From: Alphaproteobacteria bacterium UBA828
Lineage (GTDB): Bacteria; Pseudomonadota; Alphaproteobacteria; UBA828
NCBI GenBank assembly: GCA_002296185.1
Contig: DBHM01000027.1
Coordinates: 158,867-222,866, forward strand
Direction: 5' to 3'
Length of the DNA: 64,000 bases
Both the position numbers and the translations under genes were made by a program. This document shows positions 41,668 to 51,083 of the stretch, one piece after another. Position 1 is the first letter of the stretch. Every line of letters starts with the position of its first letter. Under the pieces are notes generated by a model. The model was not told the origin of the DNA, searched no databases, and was given only the letters and a program-made list of their open reading frames with translations.

Positions 41668-42570
41668 TTGAATATAAATATTAATAAATTATTTATCCCG
41701 ACAGCATTGGTCTTATTAGGAGGGATAACCTTTGGTAGTATTTTCTCTGCAAATATCTTTGCTTATGAGTCGGGATTGCCTCACTTCTCATATGTTTTCT
41801 GGCAAATTTTTCTTGGTTCTTTAATTCTATTAATAATATCCTTAGCAACTAAGACTTTCCCCAAATTCACATGGGGGAATATTAGGGCTTACATATTTGT
41901 TGCTGTCCTTGGGCTAATAGTTCCAGTTATTGTATTTAATGTCGTGGCAGATAAGTTGCCCCCTGGTATCATCACTCTTTCTGTAGCATTAATCCCAGCT
42001 AGTACTTATTTACTCTCCCTGCTTATTAAGGCAGATAAGTTTCGCGTAGTAAGTATATTAGGAGTTATCATAGGATTCGGGAGTGTTTTATTAATTGTTT
42101 TACCCCAGGGTAGTTTGCCAATTGAGGGTGCTGAAATCTGGGTCATTTTTTCTTTACTCGTTCCAATATCTGCTGGGACTAATAATGCTTTTAGTGCGCT
42201 AGTTATACCTCCAAACACACAGACTTTTGGGCTAGCAACAGGAACCATGTTAGTAGCATCAATAATTTTACTTCCAATAAGCCTGGCTTATGATGGACTT
42301 CATTTTTTTGGTAACTATGGATGGGAATCTATAGGTTCCACCCTGTGGGCTTCAATTGTATGGGTGACGATTTACATGTGTTTTTTCGAAATAGTCAAAA
42401 GAACAAGCGGTCTTTTTTATGCTCAGGTTAATTATATCATCGTTGCAGCTGGCATTATATGGTCATGGGCTATCTTTGCAGATGTTCTGAGCGCTTGGGT
42501 ATGGGGTGCTGTAGCTATGCTATTCGTTAGCCTTGCACTTGTGAATTTGGGAACAAAAGTAAAGGTATAA
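41668..42570 (+). CDS. DMT/EamA family transporter
   Basis: About 10 hydrophobic helices in two EamA-like halves. Confidence 0.85.
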   Translation: MNININKLFIPTALVLLGGITFGSIFSANIFAYESGLPHFSYVFWQIFLGSLILLIISLATKTFPKFTWGNIRAYIFVAVLGLIVPVIVFNVVADKLPPGIITLSVALIPASTYLLSLLIKADKFRVVSILGVIIGFGSVLLIVLPQGSLPIEGAEIWVIFSLLVPISAGTNNAFSALVIPPNTQTFGLATGTMLVASIILLPISLAYDGLHFFGNYGWESIGSTLWASIVWVTIYMCFFEIVKRTSGLFYAQVNYIIVAAGIIWSWAIFADVLSAWVWGAVAMLFVSLALVNLGTKVKV

Positions 42571-42709
42571 TAATTTTTTTGTATTTAAATTTTTAATAAA
42601 TTTGATGACTATAATCTGTTAATGCATAGATTATTCGATATTGTTTTGGAATATATACAAATAGAAGTATTTTTGAGATTACATCAAATATCTCTCAGGA
42701 GAATATATA

Positions 42710-44131
42710 ATGGATACTGATTTACTAATCAATGGACAGATAGTCAGCGGTGCTGGAGATTTAGTTCCTGTTATAAATCCAGCAACTGGAGAAGCAATAT
42801 GTAATGTTCAAGAGGCGAATGAGGAGCAGGTTAACGCCGCTGCTAGGGCTGCTGCTGAGGCGTTCCCGAAGTTTTCACTAAAAACACCAGCAGAGCGTTC
42901 ATCTATGTTATTTGATCTTGCAGCTAGATTAGAAGCCGAGATAGATGAATTTGCTAAATTAGAGTCACTTGATACGGGAAAACCTATTTCGGCATCGCTG
43001 GATGAGATGGAAGCCTGTGTTGATGTGGCTCGATTTATGGGTGGTGCAGTTAGGTCGATGAATGCAGTTGCTGCTGGGGAATATATGGAGGGTTTTACTT
43101 CAATGATTCGCCGAGACCCTGTGGGAGTGGTTGCTAGTATAGCTCCGTGGAACTATCCTTTAATGATGGCCTTATGGAAGTTAGCCCCACCATTAGCTGT
43201 GGGTTGTTCTATGGTGCTTAAACCATCAGAACTTACTCCCTTGACTACACTCAAATTAGCGAAAATTCTTAACGATATTTATCCTCCCGGTGTTGTAAAT
43301 ATAATTTCAGGTAGAGGTGATACAACAGGAAATAATCTAATAAATAATAATAACATTGATTTTATATCTTTAACTGGCTCAATTAGGACTGCCAGTCGTG
43401 TGCTGGAAGCAGCATCAGGGACGATCAAAAAAACTCACTTGGAGCTTGGTGGCAAGGCTCCGGTCATTATTTATGAAGATGCAGATCTTGATAAGGTGGT
43501 TGCAGATCTTAAGGCATTTTCTTTCTATAATGCTGGGCAGGATTGTACCCAGCCATGTCGCTTATATGTAGACAATAAGATTTTTGATAATTTTGTTGCA
43601 GATTTTGGTTCTTCAATTTCAAAAATTAAAGTAGGTAATCCAGAAGATAAAGATGTTGAGATGGGGCCTATAATTACAAAGAATCAGTTTGACCGAGTTC
43701 AGGGTATTGTTCAGGATGTCCAAAAGAGCGAACATTTACAAATAATAACTGGTGGGACTAAATATAAAGGAAGTGGATTTTTCTTTGAGCCAACGTTGAT
43801 AACCGAAACTGAACAGAGCGATCATATTATAAATGAAGAGATATTTGGTCCTGTGGTAACAGTAAGTAGATTCCAGAGTACAGAAGAGGCAATTCAGTGG
43901 GCCAATGATTCACGATATGGATTATCTTCTTCTGTTTGGACAAGGGATATTTCAAAAGCAATGAAAACTGTGGCACGACTTAGGTACGGTGTAACTTGGG
44001 TTAACACGCATCTAGTGGGTGTTTCAGAGATGCCTCATGGTGGACTAAAAGCGTCAGGTTATGGAAAAGATATGTCGGTTTATGCGCTTGAGGATTATAC
44101 TGTGCCTCGTCATATAATGATTTCTCATTAG
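42710..44131 (+). CDS. patD: Gamma-aminobutyraldehyde dehydrogenase (YdcW/PatD-like)
   Basis: [64 protein letters not shown]. Confidence 0.82.
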   Translation: MDTDLLINGQIVSGAGDLVPVINPATGEAICNVQEANEEQVNAAARAAAEAFPKFSLKTPAERSSMLFDLAARLEAEIDEFAKLESLDTGKPISASLDEMEACVDVARFMGGAVRSMNAVAAGEYMEGFTSMIRRDPVGVVASIAPWNYPLMMALWKLAPPLAVGCSMVLKPSELTPLTTLKLAKILNDIYPPGVVNIISGRGDTTGNNLINNNNIDFISLTGSIRTASRVLEAASGTIKKTHLELGGKAPVIIYEDADLDKVVADLKAFSFYNAGQDCTQPCRLYVDNKIFDNFVADFGSSISKIKVGNPEDKDVEMGPIITKNQFDRVQGIVQDVQKSEHLQIITGGTKYKGSGFFFEPTLITETEQSDHIINEEIFGPVVTVSRFQSTEEAIQWANDSRYGLSSSVWTRDISKAMKTVARLRYGVTWVNTHLVGVSEMPHGGLKASGYGKDMSVYALEDYTVPRHIMISH

Positions 44132-44205
44132 TGCTTATTATTTAATGATTTAGCATTAGTGTTTATTATTGCCTTATTAACTCGTTTCAAAACTGAGGGG
44201 TAGTA

Positions 44206-45309
44206 ATGTTGGAGAGAATACGAATATTAAATGATAGAGTTTTGCGCAGTAGTTTTTTATCACGCTTACAAGTGATTCTTGGTGTTTGTATTTTTACTAT
44301 TATTTTAAGTGCTTGCTCTCAAACAGAAAATTATTTGTCTATAGCTGATCAAGTTGAAACTCAGAAATTTATAGAAACTCTTCCTGAGAGTGCGCGTCCT
44401 GGGGAAGGTTTTCAATTTAGTTACTTTAATTCCGTTCATGGGTACAATATCAGGTATGGAAGTTCTGAAATCAAACAACCACTAGGAACTATTATTTTAG
44501 TGCCGGGACAGTCAGAGTTTTCTGAATCATATTTTGAACTTATTAATGATATTAATGATATTGGTTATAGTGTGTGGATTATGGATTTTTACGGACAAGG
44601 TGGTTCCGATCATCTACTGAGTGACAACGCCAGAGCGGACAACAATTTTCATAATGATGTTGATGACTTAAGTCAGTTTGTAAACGGTATAGTTAAAAAC
44701 ACACAAGAAAGCCCTTTGATTATTTTGGGACATTCAATGGGTGGTCACATTGTACTATCAGCAATTCTAGAAAAAAAATTAAGAGTTGATGGGGCTGTGC
44801 TATCTTCTCCAATGATTAAAATAAAAACCGGTGCAATACCTCACGGGATTACTGAACTTATTGCATCTATAGGTTCTGCCTTAGGCGGCGATTGGTGGAT
44901 AGCGCCTGGGCAAAAAGAGTGGGTTGAGAAACTAAATTATAATCCAGAAGATAATGTTAACACATCTGATTCCGAAAGATCACTTCTTAAAGAGAGCTGG
45001 AGAAAGCATACAGAGCATACTCGTAAATCATATGCAGTGACTTTTGGTTGGCTAAAAGGTTATTCTGAGTCAAGGAAAACCATCTTATCTAATTCTCAAG
45101 CAACAGAGATAACAACCCCTATATTGATGACAGTCGCTGGTGAAGATGCTTTGGTAATTCCTGAAGATAGTCTGGAATTATGCAAAAGATTAATTTCCTG
45201 TGAATCTATATTTTATAATAATTCAAGACATGAATTATATCTCGAGAAAGATAATTTGCGGAATAAGTGGATGAGAGACATATTTCTTTGGATAAACCGA
45301 TCATTTTAG
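44206..45309 (+). CDS. Alpha/beta hydrolase, lysophospholipase (PldB)-like, probable lipoprotein
   Basis: Hydrophobic stretch ending ILSAC, PGQSE, GQGGS, GHSMGG, AGEDALV, RHEL. Confidence 0.8.
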   Translation: MLERIRILNDRVLRSSFLSRLQVILGVCIFTIILSACSQTENYLSIADQVETQKFIETLPESARPGEGFQFSYFNSVHGYNIRYGSSEIKQPLGTIILVPGQSEFSESYFELINDINDIGYSVWIMDFYGQGGSDHLLSDNARADNNFHNDVDDLSQFVNGIVKNTQESPLIILGHSMGGHIVLSAILEKKLRVDGAVLSSPMIKIKTGAIPHGITELIASIGSALGGDWWIAPGQKEWVEKLNYNPEDNVNTSDSERSLLKESWRKHTEHTRKSYAVTFGWLKGYSESRKTILSNSQATEITTPILMTVAGEDALVIPEDSLELCKRLISCESIFYNNSRHELYLEKDNLRNKWMRDIFLWINRSF

Positions 45310-45434
45310 TTAATAGAAGCACTAAATCGCTTATCTCTATCAAAATAATAGAGCTTGTATATTTTTCTGCCTAAAACTAGCCTTTATTTTGATTTATTAA
45401 TTGGATTTAAATATCTGATTAAATTGGTAAAAAT

Positions 45435-45551
45435 TTATCTACACCCATAAATCCACAAGATATAACTTAGTCATATTACTAAGGGCTTTAATTATGCTTA
45501 CTAATACTGTATGTTGCGTGAAACAGCATTACCTACACCTATAGGTAGTGG
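45435..45551 (+). promoter_or_regulatory. gcrA upstream region with near-consensus DnaA boxes and tandem NrdR-like boxes
   Basis: TTATCTACA 45435-45443, AAATCCACA 45449-45457; ATACTGTATGTTGCGT 45504-45519 and CACCTATAGGTAGTGG 45536-45551, 32 bp apart. Confidence 0.45.
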
Positions 45552-45616
45552 TATGAAAGTTTAGAGCTTGTCGACCTTTAGCTTTTTTTGTTGCTAAAAA
45601 AATTAGGAGCTTAGCT

Positions 45617-46030
45617 ATGACGACTTGGACCCCTGAAAGAGTAGACCAACTTAGAAAGCTTTGGGATGAGGGACTTACTACATCTGAAATCGGAAAAAAC
45701 ATTGGCGTTTCCAAAAATGCTGTTGTTGGTAAAGCCCATCGACTTGAGCTTCCCTCGAGGCCATCTCCCATTAGGCGAGGTGTATCTAGAAGAGCTAATA
45801 AGCAGATTTCAAGACCTAAACCGGTGCAGCCGCAAAGTAAGCCTTTAGTAAGGTCTCTGCCTCTTAGTAGAAGCGGTAGATGCTGTCAGTGGCCTATAGG
45901 CCATCCAGGAGATGAAGATTTTCATTTTTGTGGTGCTCCCGCTGTAGAGGGGAAACCTTATTGTGCCGAACATTACGCAATGGCTTATATTATTCAGGGC
46001 AAGCCTAAGGTAGAAGAGGATGCGGCCTAA
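45617..46030 (+). CDS. gcrA: GcrA family cell-cycle regulator
   Basis: WT.ERV..LRKLW.EG, VSKNAVVGKAHRL, CQWPIGHP...FHFCG...GKPYC.EH. Confidence 0.92.
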   Translation: MTTWTPERVDQLRKLWDEGLTTSEIGKNIGVSKNAVVGKAHRLELPSRPSPIRRGVSRRANKQISRPKPVQPQSKPLVRSLPLSRSGRCCQWPIGHPGDEDFHFCGAPAVEGKPYCAEHYAMAYIIQGKPKVEEDAA

Positions 46031-46297
46031 GATTAGCCTCAATACTTAATACGATAATAAATATTTTTTAGGCTTATTTTACAATAAACCTTCCGATTCA
46101 TACGGCTTATCAAAATATAATTAAATCAATGTATTAGCGTGTATCAAAGAAGTAGCATCGTATTCTTTGACCAAATTTTATCTACTGCTAATAGTTTATT
46201 GTTGGTATGGAAATTTTGCTCTGTTGGCCTCTAGCACTTCAGCCTGCTATAAGACTTCATATAGTTCTTTTATTTTAAATATATTGAGGGCGTTTGA

Positions 46298-46975
46298 GTG
46301 GCTGATATATTTCATGATATAGAAGAGGGTCTTCGTCAGGATAGGCTCAAAAAACTCTGGAGGAAATTTCGGTGGCCTCTCATAGGCCTTATTTTATTGA
46401 TAATTGGTGCTGTAGTCGCGCTGGTATTAGTCAAAGATGTTACTGAAACTAGGAAATTAGAGCAGGCAGAACGTTTCTCTAATGCGTTAGAAATCTATAG
46501 TACTGGAGATTCTAAGGCTGCAGCTGAAGCTTTTTCTTCATTGGCATTTGAGGCTGAGGATCCTGGGTATCTAGTTTTCTCAAGCTTTCGATCTGCACAA
46601 GCGCATATTGAGTCAGATAACATAAATAAAGCGATATCTATTTTTGATGATTTAGCTGGTAATGCTGAAGTTTTACCTCTTTACCGTGAACTTGCTGTTT
46701 TTTTTGCGGCTGATCTTCTTTTAGATACTGTAACTTATGAAGAAATAAATCAAAGGTTGGCACCTATAATGCTCAGTGAAAGTGTATGGAGGCCAATGGC
46801 CCAGGAAATAGTGGCTTTAGCTGCTTTAAAATCGGGAAATGAAGATCGTGCCCGTGAATTATTTCAGGAACTAACATTAGACGCGTTGTCTCCGCCTGGT
46901 ATTAAAGAGCGGGCTAAAAAGTTTTTGGCTAATATAGGAGGTATTATGCAGTCACCGGAGGAAGGTGGAGATTAG
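46298..46975 (+). CDS. TPR-like ancillary SecYEG/YfgM-type membrane protein
   Basis: MADIF..IEE.LRQDR...LW, single TM, helical repeats; precedes bamB-der. Confidence 0.85.
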   Translation: MADIFHDIEEGLRQDRLKKLWRKFRWPLIGLILLIIGAVVALVLVKDVTETRKLEQAERFSNALEIYSTGDSKAAAEAFSSLAFEAEDPGYLVFSSFRSAQAHIESDNINKAISIFDDLAGNAEVLPLYRELAVFFAADLLLDTVTYEEINQRLAPIMLSESVWRPMAQEIVALAALKSGNEDRARELFQELTLDALSPPGIKERAKKFLANIGGIMQSPEEGGD

Positions 46976-46980
46976 CAGAT

Positions 46981-48303
46981 ATGCTTCGAACGTTTATTGT
47001 GGTCCCTTTACTATCTTTGGTTCTTGTTTCTTGTAGCGATTGGATGGGGGAAAAAGAGGAAGCGCCTCTCCCCGGCTCAAGAACTGCTGTCTTGTCTCAG
47101 TCTATGTCAATAAAGACTGATAAGGGAGTTGAAAGATTTCTAGTTCAATTACCTGCTCCATATATTAATCATGATTGGCCTCAGGTAGGTGGATATCCCG
47201 ATAGAGCTATGCATCATTTAGTGGGTGGGGAAACTTTAGGTACGCTTTGGGATGTAAAAATAGGTGAAGGCATAGATGGTAATATTGATATTCTTCCATC
47301 ACCTATAGTTGCCCAAGGGCGTGTTTTTGCAATCGATTCGCGTGGAAAAATATCTGCGATAGATATCAGAAACGGCTCAATATTATGGAGCTTTGATTCT
47401 ACTCCTAACTATGAAGAAAGGGAGTCAGGCTTTGGTGGAGGTCTTGCTTATGTTGGTGGCAGGGTATTTATTGCGAATGGTTTTGGTCAAATTATTGCAC
47501 TAAAAGCTAATACGGGTAAATTAATTTGGAAAACAAATATTGGTATTCCATTTAGAAATGCACCAGTAGTTGCGCAAAGAAAAGTATTTGCAGTAAGTAT
47601 AGATAATCAATTATGGGCTTTAGATGGACTTACTGGTAGTAAATTATGGAATAATGCTGGAATTTCTGAATCAGCGGGTCTGTTAGGTTCTAGTAGCCCA
47701 GCAGTTTCAGGTGAATTAGTGCTTGCTACATATTCATCTGGTGAAGTTAATGCTCTAAGAATCGAAAATGGATTACCTATATGGTCTGATGCTATAGGTA
47801 GACAAAATATAATAAGCAGCAGTATTTCAGATTTTAATGATATAAATGGAAGCCCGGTTATTGACAGGGGTTTAGCGTATATTATTAGTCATGGAGATCA
47901 TTTAATTGCAATCGATATTCGTTCTGGTTTAAGGGTTTGGGAGCGTGATATTGGTGGGGTAAATACGCCCTGGATAGCAGGGGATTTCCTTTATATTATC
48001 TCAGCTAACTCTGAGATTATTTGTTTAATTAGAGAGACTGGGGATGTGAAATGGGTTCGTGATTTACCACAGTTCTCTGACTATGAGGATCGAAAGGGCG
48101 AAATCATTTGGAATGGCCCGGTACTGGCTAGTGATAAACTTCTTATGACAAGTTCGACAGGATTAGTTGTAGCTTTGTCTCCTTATAGTGGAGATTACCT
48201 TGGTAAGGTTGAAATGCCAGACTCTATAAGTCTCCCTCCAATTGTGGCAGATTCAAAAGTTTTTATTCTTACAGAAGAAGCAAAACTTTTTGCCCTTCGT
48301 TGA
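46981..48303 (+). CDS. bamB: PQQ-like beta-propeller lipoprotein (BamB)
   Basis: Lipobox LVSC, PLPGSR, W.Q.GG, repeated G...W blades; yfgM-bamB-der synteny. Confidence 0.85.
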   Translation: MLRTFIVVPLLSLVLVSCSDWMGEKEEAPLPGSRTAVLSQSMSIKTDKGVERFLVQLPAPYINHDWPQVGGYPDRAMHHLVGGETLGTLWDVKIGEGIDGNIDILPSPIVAQGRVFAIDSRGKISAIDIRNGSILWSFDSTPNYEERESGFGGGLAYVGGRVFIANGFGQIIALKANTGKLIWKTNIGIPFRNAPVVAQRKVFAVSIDNQLWALDGLTGSKLWNNAGISESAGLLGSSSPAVSGELVLATYSSGEVNALRIENGLPIWSDAIGRQNIISSSISDFNDINGSPVIDRGLAYIISHGDHLIAIDIRSGLRVWERDIGGVNTPWIAGDFLYIISANSEIICLIRETGDVKWVRDLPQFSDYEDRKGEIIWNGPVLASDKLLMTSSTGLVVALSPYSGDYLGKVEMPDSISLPPIVADSKVFILTEEAKLFALR

Positions 48304-48323
48304 TAATTCATAAGGTTTTTTTA

Positions 48324-49718
48324 ATGACATTAACAGTTGCCATTGTAGGTCGACCGAATGTGGGCAAATCGACCTTATTTAATCGTCTAGTAAAAAGACA
48401 GGTTGCAATTGTAGAAGACAGACCTGGTGTAACCCGTGACCGTCGTATGGATGAAGGAAGACTTGGCTCTCTCCGATTTAGAGTAATTGATACTGCTGGT
48501 TTCGACGATAGTGGATTAGACATTTTATCTACTCGTATGATGGATCAAACAATGACAGCGATTGATGAGGCTGATCTTGTATTATTACTGGTTGATGGTA
48601 GATCTGGTTTGAATCCAATAGATAGTAAATTCTCACAGGTCTTACATCAATCAGGGTCTTTAACACTCCTAGTCGTCACTAAATGTGAGGGAAATGTGGG
48701 TGAAAATACTGTTGCTGAGTCCTGGGGTTTAGGATTTGGTTCACCCATACCTATATCTGCAGAGCATGCAGAAGGTTTAGGGGACCTGCACGATTCTCTC
48801 TATCCTTATTTATCTAAAGATTCTCCTGAAGAAAATTTAGACAAGGGAAATGAGTCTAAAGAAATTAATATAAAGAATAAAAATAAAGACGAGAATCAAA
48901 GACCGTTGCGCTTAGCCATAGTTGGTAGGCCAAATGTTGGAAAATCTACATTATTAAACAGATTAGTTGGTGAGGAGAGAGTAATAACCGGGCCAGAGGT
49001 GGGTTTAACTAGGGATTCTATTTCTGTAGATTGGAAATATGGTGAAAAACCCATTCAACTTATAGATACAGCGGGATTAAGGAGACGTTCAAAAATTCAG
49101 GATAAATTAGAGAAGCATGCTGCGAGAGATGCCATACGATCAATAGATATTTCTGAAGTAGTAGCCCTTATGTTTGATGGTTCAATTGAGCCACTAAAAC
49201 AAGATTTTTCAATAGCTTCTTTAACTGTTAAGGAGGGTAGAGCTCCTATAATTATTTTAAATAAGTGGGACTGTGTAGAGGATCAAACTATAAGGTTAAA
49301 AAGTTATAAAGACTCTCTCGCTACAACACTTTCACAAGCTAAGGGTGTTCCGATAATAACTTTGTCGGCATTAACTGGGGAAGGTATTCAATCTTTCATG
49401 CCGGCAGTATTGAATGCTTATGAGGTATGGAATAGGAGAATAGCTACTTCAAGACTAAATTCTTGGTTGCGCAGAACTCTATATCAGCATCCTCCACCGC
49501 TAGTAGATGGTAGGAGAACAAAATTACGCTATGTTACTCAAATAAAATCTCGTCCACCTACATTTTCCATATTTTGTAACATCACTCGTGGTTTGTCAGA
49601 ATCATATCAAAGATACTTAGCAAACAGTTTACGAGAGGAATTTGATTTACCTGGAGTTCCAATTCGTCTGATTCTAAGAAAGGGAGAAAATCCGTATATC
49701 AAAAGTGATTCTAAATAG
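48324..49718 (+). CDS. der: Ribosome biogenesis GTPase Der; likely start ATG 48324
   Basis: Two GRPNVGKSTL G1 boxes, DTAG twice, C-terminal KH-like domain. Confidence 0.97.
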   Translation: MTLTVAIVGRPNVGKSTLFNRLVKRQVAIVEDRPGVTRDRRMDEGRLGSLRFRVIDTAGFDDSGLDILSTRMMDQTMTAIDEADLVLLLVDGRSGLNPIDSKFSQVLHQSGSLTLLVVTKCEGNVGENTVAESWGLGFGSPIPISAEHAEGLGDLHDSLYPYLSKDSPEENLDKGNESKEINIKNKNKDENQRPLRLAIVGRPNVGKSTLLNRLVGEERVITGPEVGLTRDSISVDWKYGEKPIQLIDTAGLRRRSKIQDKLEKHAARDAIRSIDISEVVALMFDGSIEPLKQDFSIASLTVKEGRAPIIILNKWDCVEDQTIRLKSYKDSLATTLSQAKGVPIITLSALTGEGIQSFMPAVLNAYEVWNRRIATSRLNSWLRRTLYQHPPPLVDGRRTKLRYVTQIKSRPPTFSIFCNITRGLSESYQRYLANSLREEFDLPGVPIRLILRKGENPYIKSDSK

Positions 49719-50421
49719 AAATACGTTCACCGTGTAACTTACACTCACTCATAGCAAGTTCTATAAATTTATCTGTTATTTCATCTGGCTGGTTAAGTTT
49801 TTTTTGATCTTCTCCCGGAAAGGCTTCGGCACGCATACGAGTAGCCACGGGACCGGGGTCAATTAAATTAACTTTTATTTTGGTCCTCTCTACTTCAGAG
49901 GCCCATGTCAAAACTAATGCTTCTAAGGCAGCCTTGCTTGCAGCATAGGGTCCCCAATAGGGACGTCCAGTAGATTTAGTGATCCCAGAGGTTATAAATA
50001 TCGCTTTACCCGCATCTGAGATACGAAGTAATGGATCAAGGCTTCGGATTAAACGCCAATTAGCTGTCAAGTTGACTGCAATGGTTTCATCCCAAGCTTC
50101 AGGGGAATAATGGCCAACTGGTCTTAGCCCTCCTAAAACTCCAGCATTAGCTACCAATATATCTAGTTTTCCAAATCTTTCGTTTATGGCTGCTCCAAGA
50201 TGGTCTATTTGTGTTCCCTGGGTAATATCAAAAGGTACTAAGGTAGGTTGTAAACTTGAATTCTTACGAATCTCATCATCAAGGTTTTCTAAGGCGCCTG
50301 AAGTGCGAGACGTAAGAATTAAATGGGCTCCTTCAGATGCAAAAGCTTTCGCAATTGCATACCCTATACCCCTTGATGCCCCAGTTATTAGAGCAATCTT
50401 TCCATCTAATCTACTAGCCAT
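49711..50421 (-). CDS. SDR oxidoreductase (YciK-like)
   Basis: TGASRGIG, NAG, YAASK, TRMRA.AFPGED. Confidence 0.88.
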   Translation of the reverse strand: MASRLDGKIALITGASRGIGYAIAKAFASEGAHLILTSRTSGALENLDDEIRKNSSLQPTLVPFDITQGTQIDHLGAAINERFGKLDILVANAGVLGGLRPVGHYSPEAWDETIAVNLTANWRLIRSLDPLLRISDAGKAIFITSGITKSTGRPYWGPYAASKAALEALVLTWASEVERTKIKVNLIDPGPVATRMRAEAFPGEDQKKLNQPDEITDKFIELAMSECKLHGERISI

Positions 50422-50423
50422 TA

Positions 50424-51077
50424 TTAATCTCTTTCTTCTTCCAAATCTTTTTCATCTGTCTTTTGATTATCATCAATCCCAGTTGCACGATTAAAATTTT
50501 CTTCGGCTTTTTTTCTACTTTGATCAGCTTTATCAATTTCCCTAATACTGTTTCCGGTTGCTCTAACTCTCTCTTCCGCTTCCTTAAGGGTATCATTTGG
50601 CACTATAGATCTAATCGTATCAGCACCTTTAATTATATAAGGGCTGGTTATAGCCTCTTTGATCCATTCTGGCTGATCATCCTCATCGACTGCCCATACG
50701 TACATCATATAAGCTAAAGAGACTATAATGGCTCCTCTTAAGAGGCCAAAAATGATGCCTACAGTTCTATCTAAAGCTCCCATACGGCTTCTTTGGACTC
50801 TACCAGCAACTATTTGGGCTGTAATTGTAAGTATGATTAGGGCTATTAAAAAGAGCCCCCCTCCTGCAACTGCGTCTGCTACTAACTCATGTTCAATTAT
50901 ATCGCGTGCTATAGGGCGCACATAAATAAAACCATAAATGGTTGCCACTCCTGCTCCTGCCCAAGTGCCTATACCAAGTGTTTCTCTAACTACTCCTCTT
51001 GAAAAAGCAAGTAATCCTGAGAATATAAGTATTACAGCAACTCCTATATCTATTGGATTAACGGGTAAATCTGCCAT
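50424..51077 (-). CDS. cvpA: CvpA family membrane protein
   Basis: RGVVRE, four TM helices, LDRTVG.IFG.LRG. Confidence 0.9.
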   Translation of the reverse strand: MADLPVNPIDIGVAVILIFSGLLAFSRGVVRETLGIGTWAGAGVATIYGFIYVRPIARDIIEHELVADAVAGGGLFLIALIILTITAQIVAGRVQRSRMGALDRTVGIIFGLLRGAIIVSLAYMMYVWAVDEDDQPEWIKEAITSPYIIKGADTIRSIVPNDTLKEAEERVRATGNSIREIDKADQSRKKAEENFNRATGIDDNQKTDEKDLEEERD

Positions 51078-51083
51078 AAGCTG

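Larger units (their letters stand above)
32239..45309. other. Mosaic accessory region between guaA and gcrA (no integrase seen)
   Basis: Abrupt composition shifts (high GC 32.3-35.8 kb, very low GC 35.9-39.7 kb), unrelated metabolic genes, a gene remnant; the right boundary is uncertain. Confidence 0.65.
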
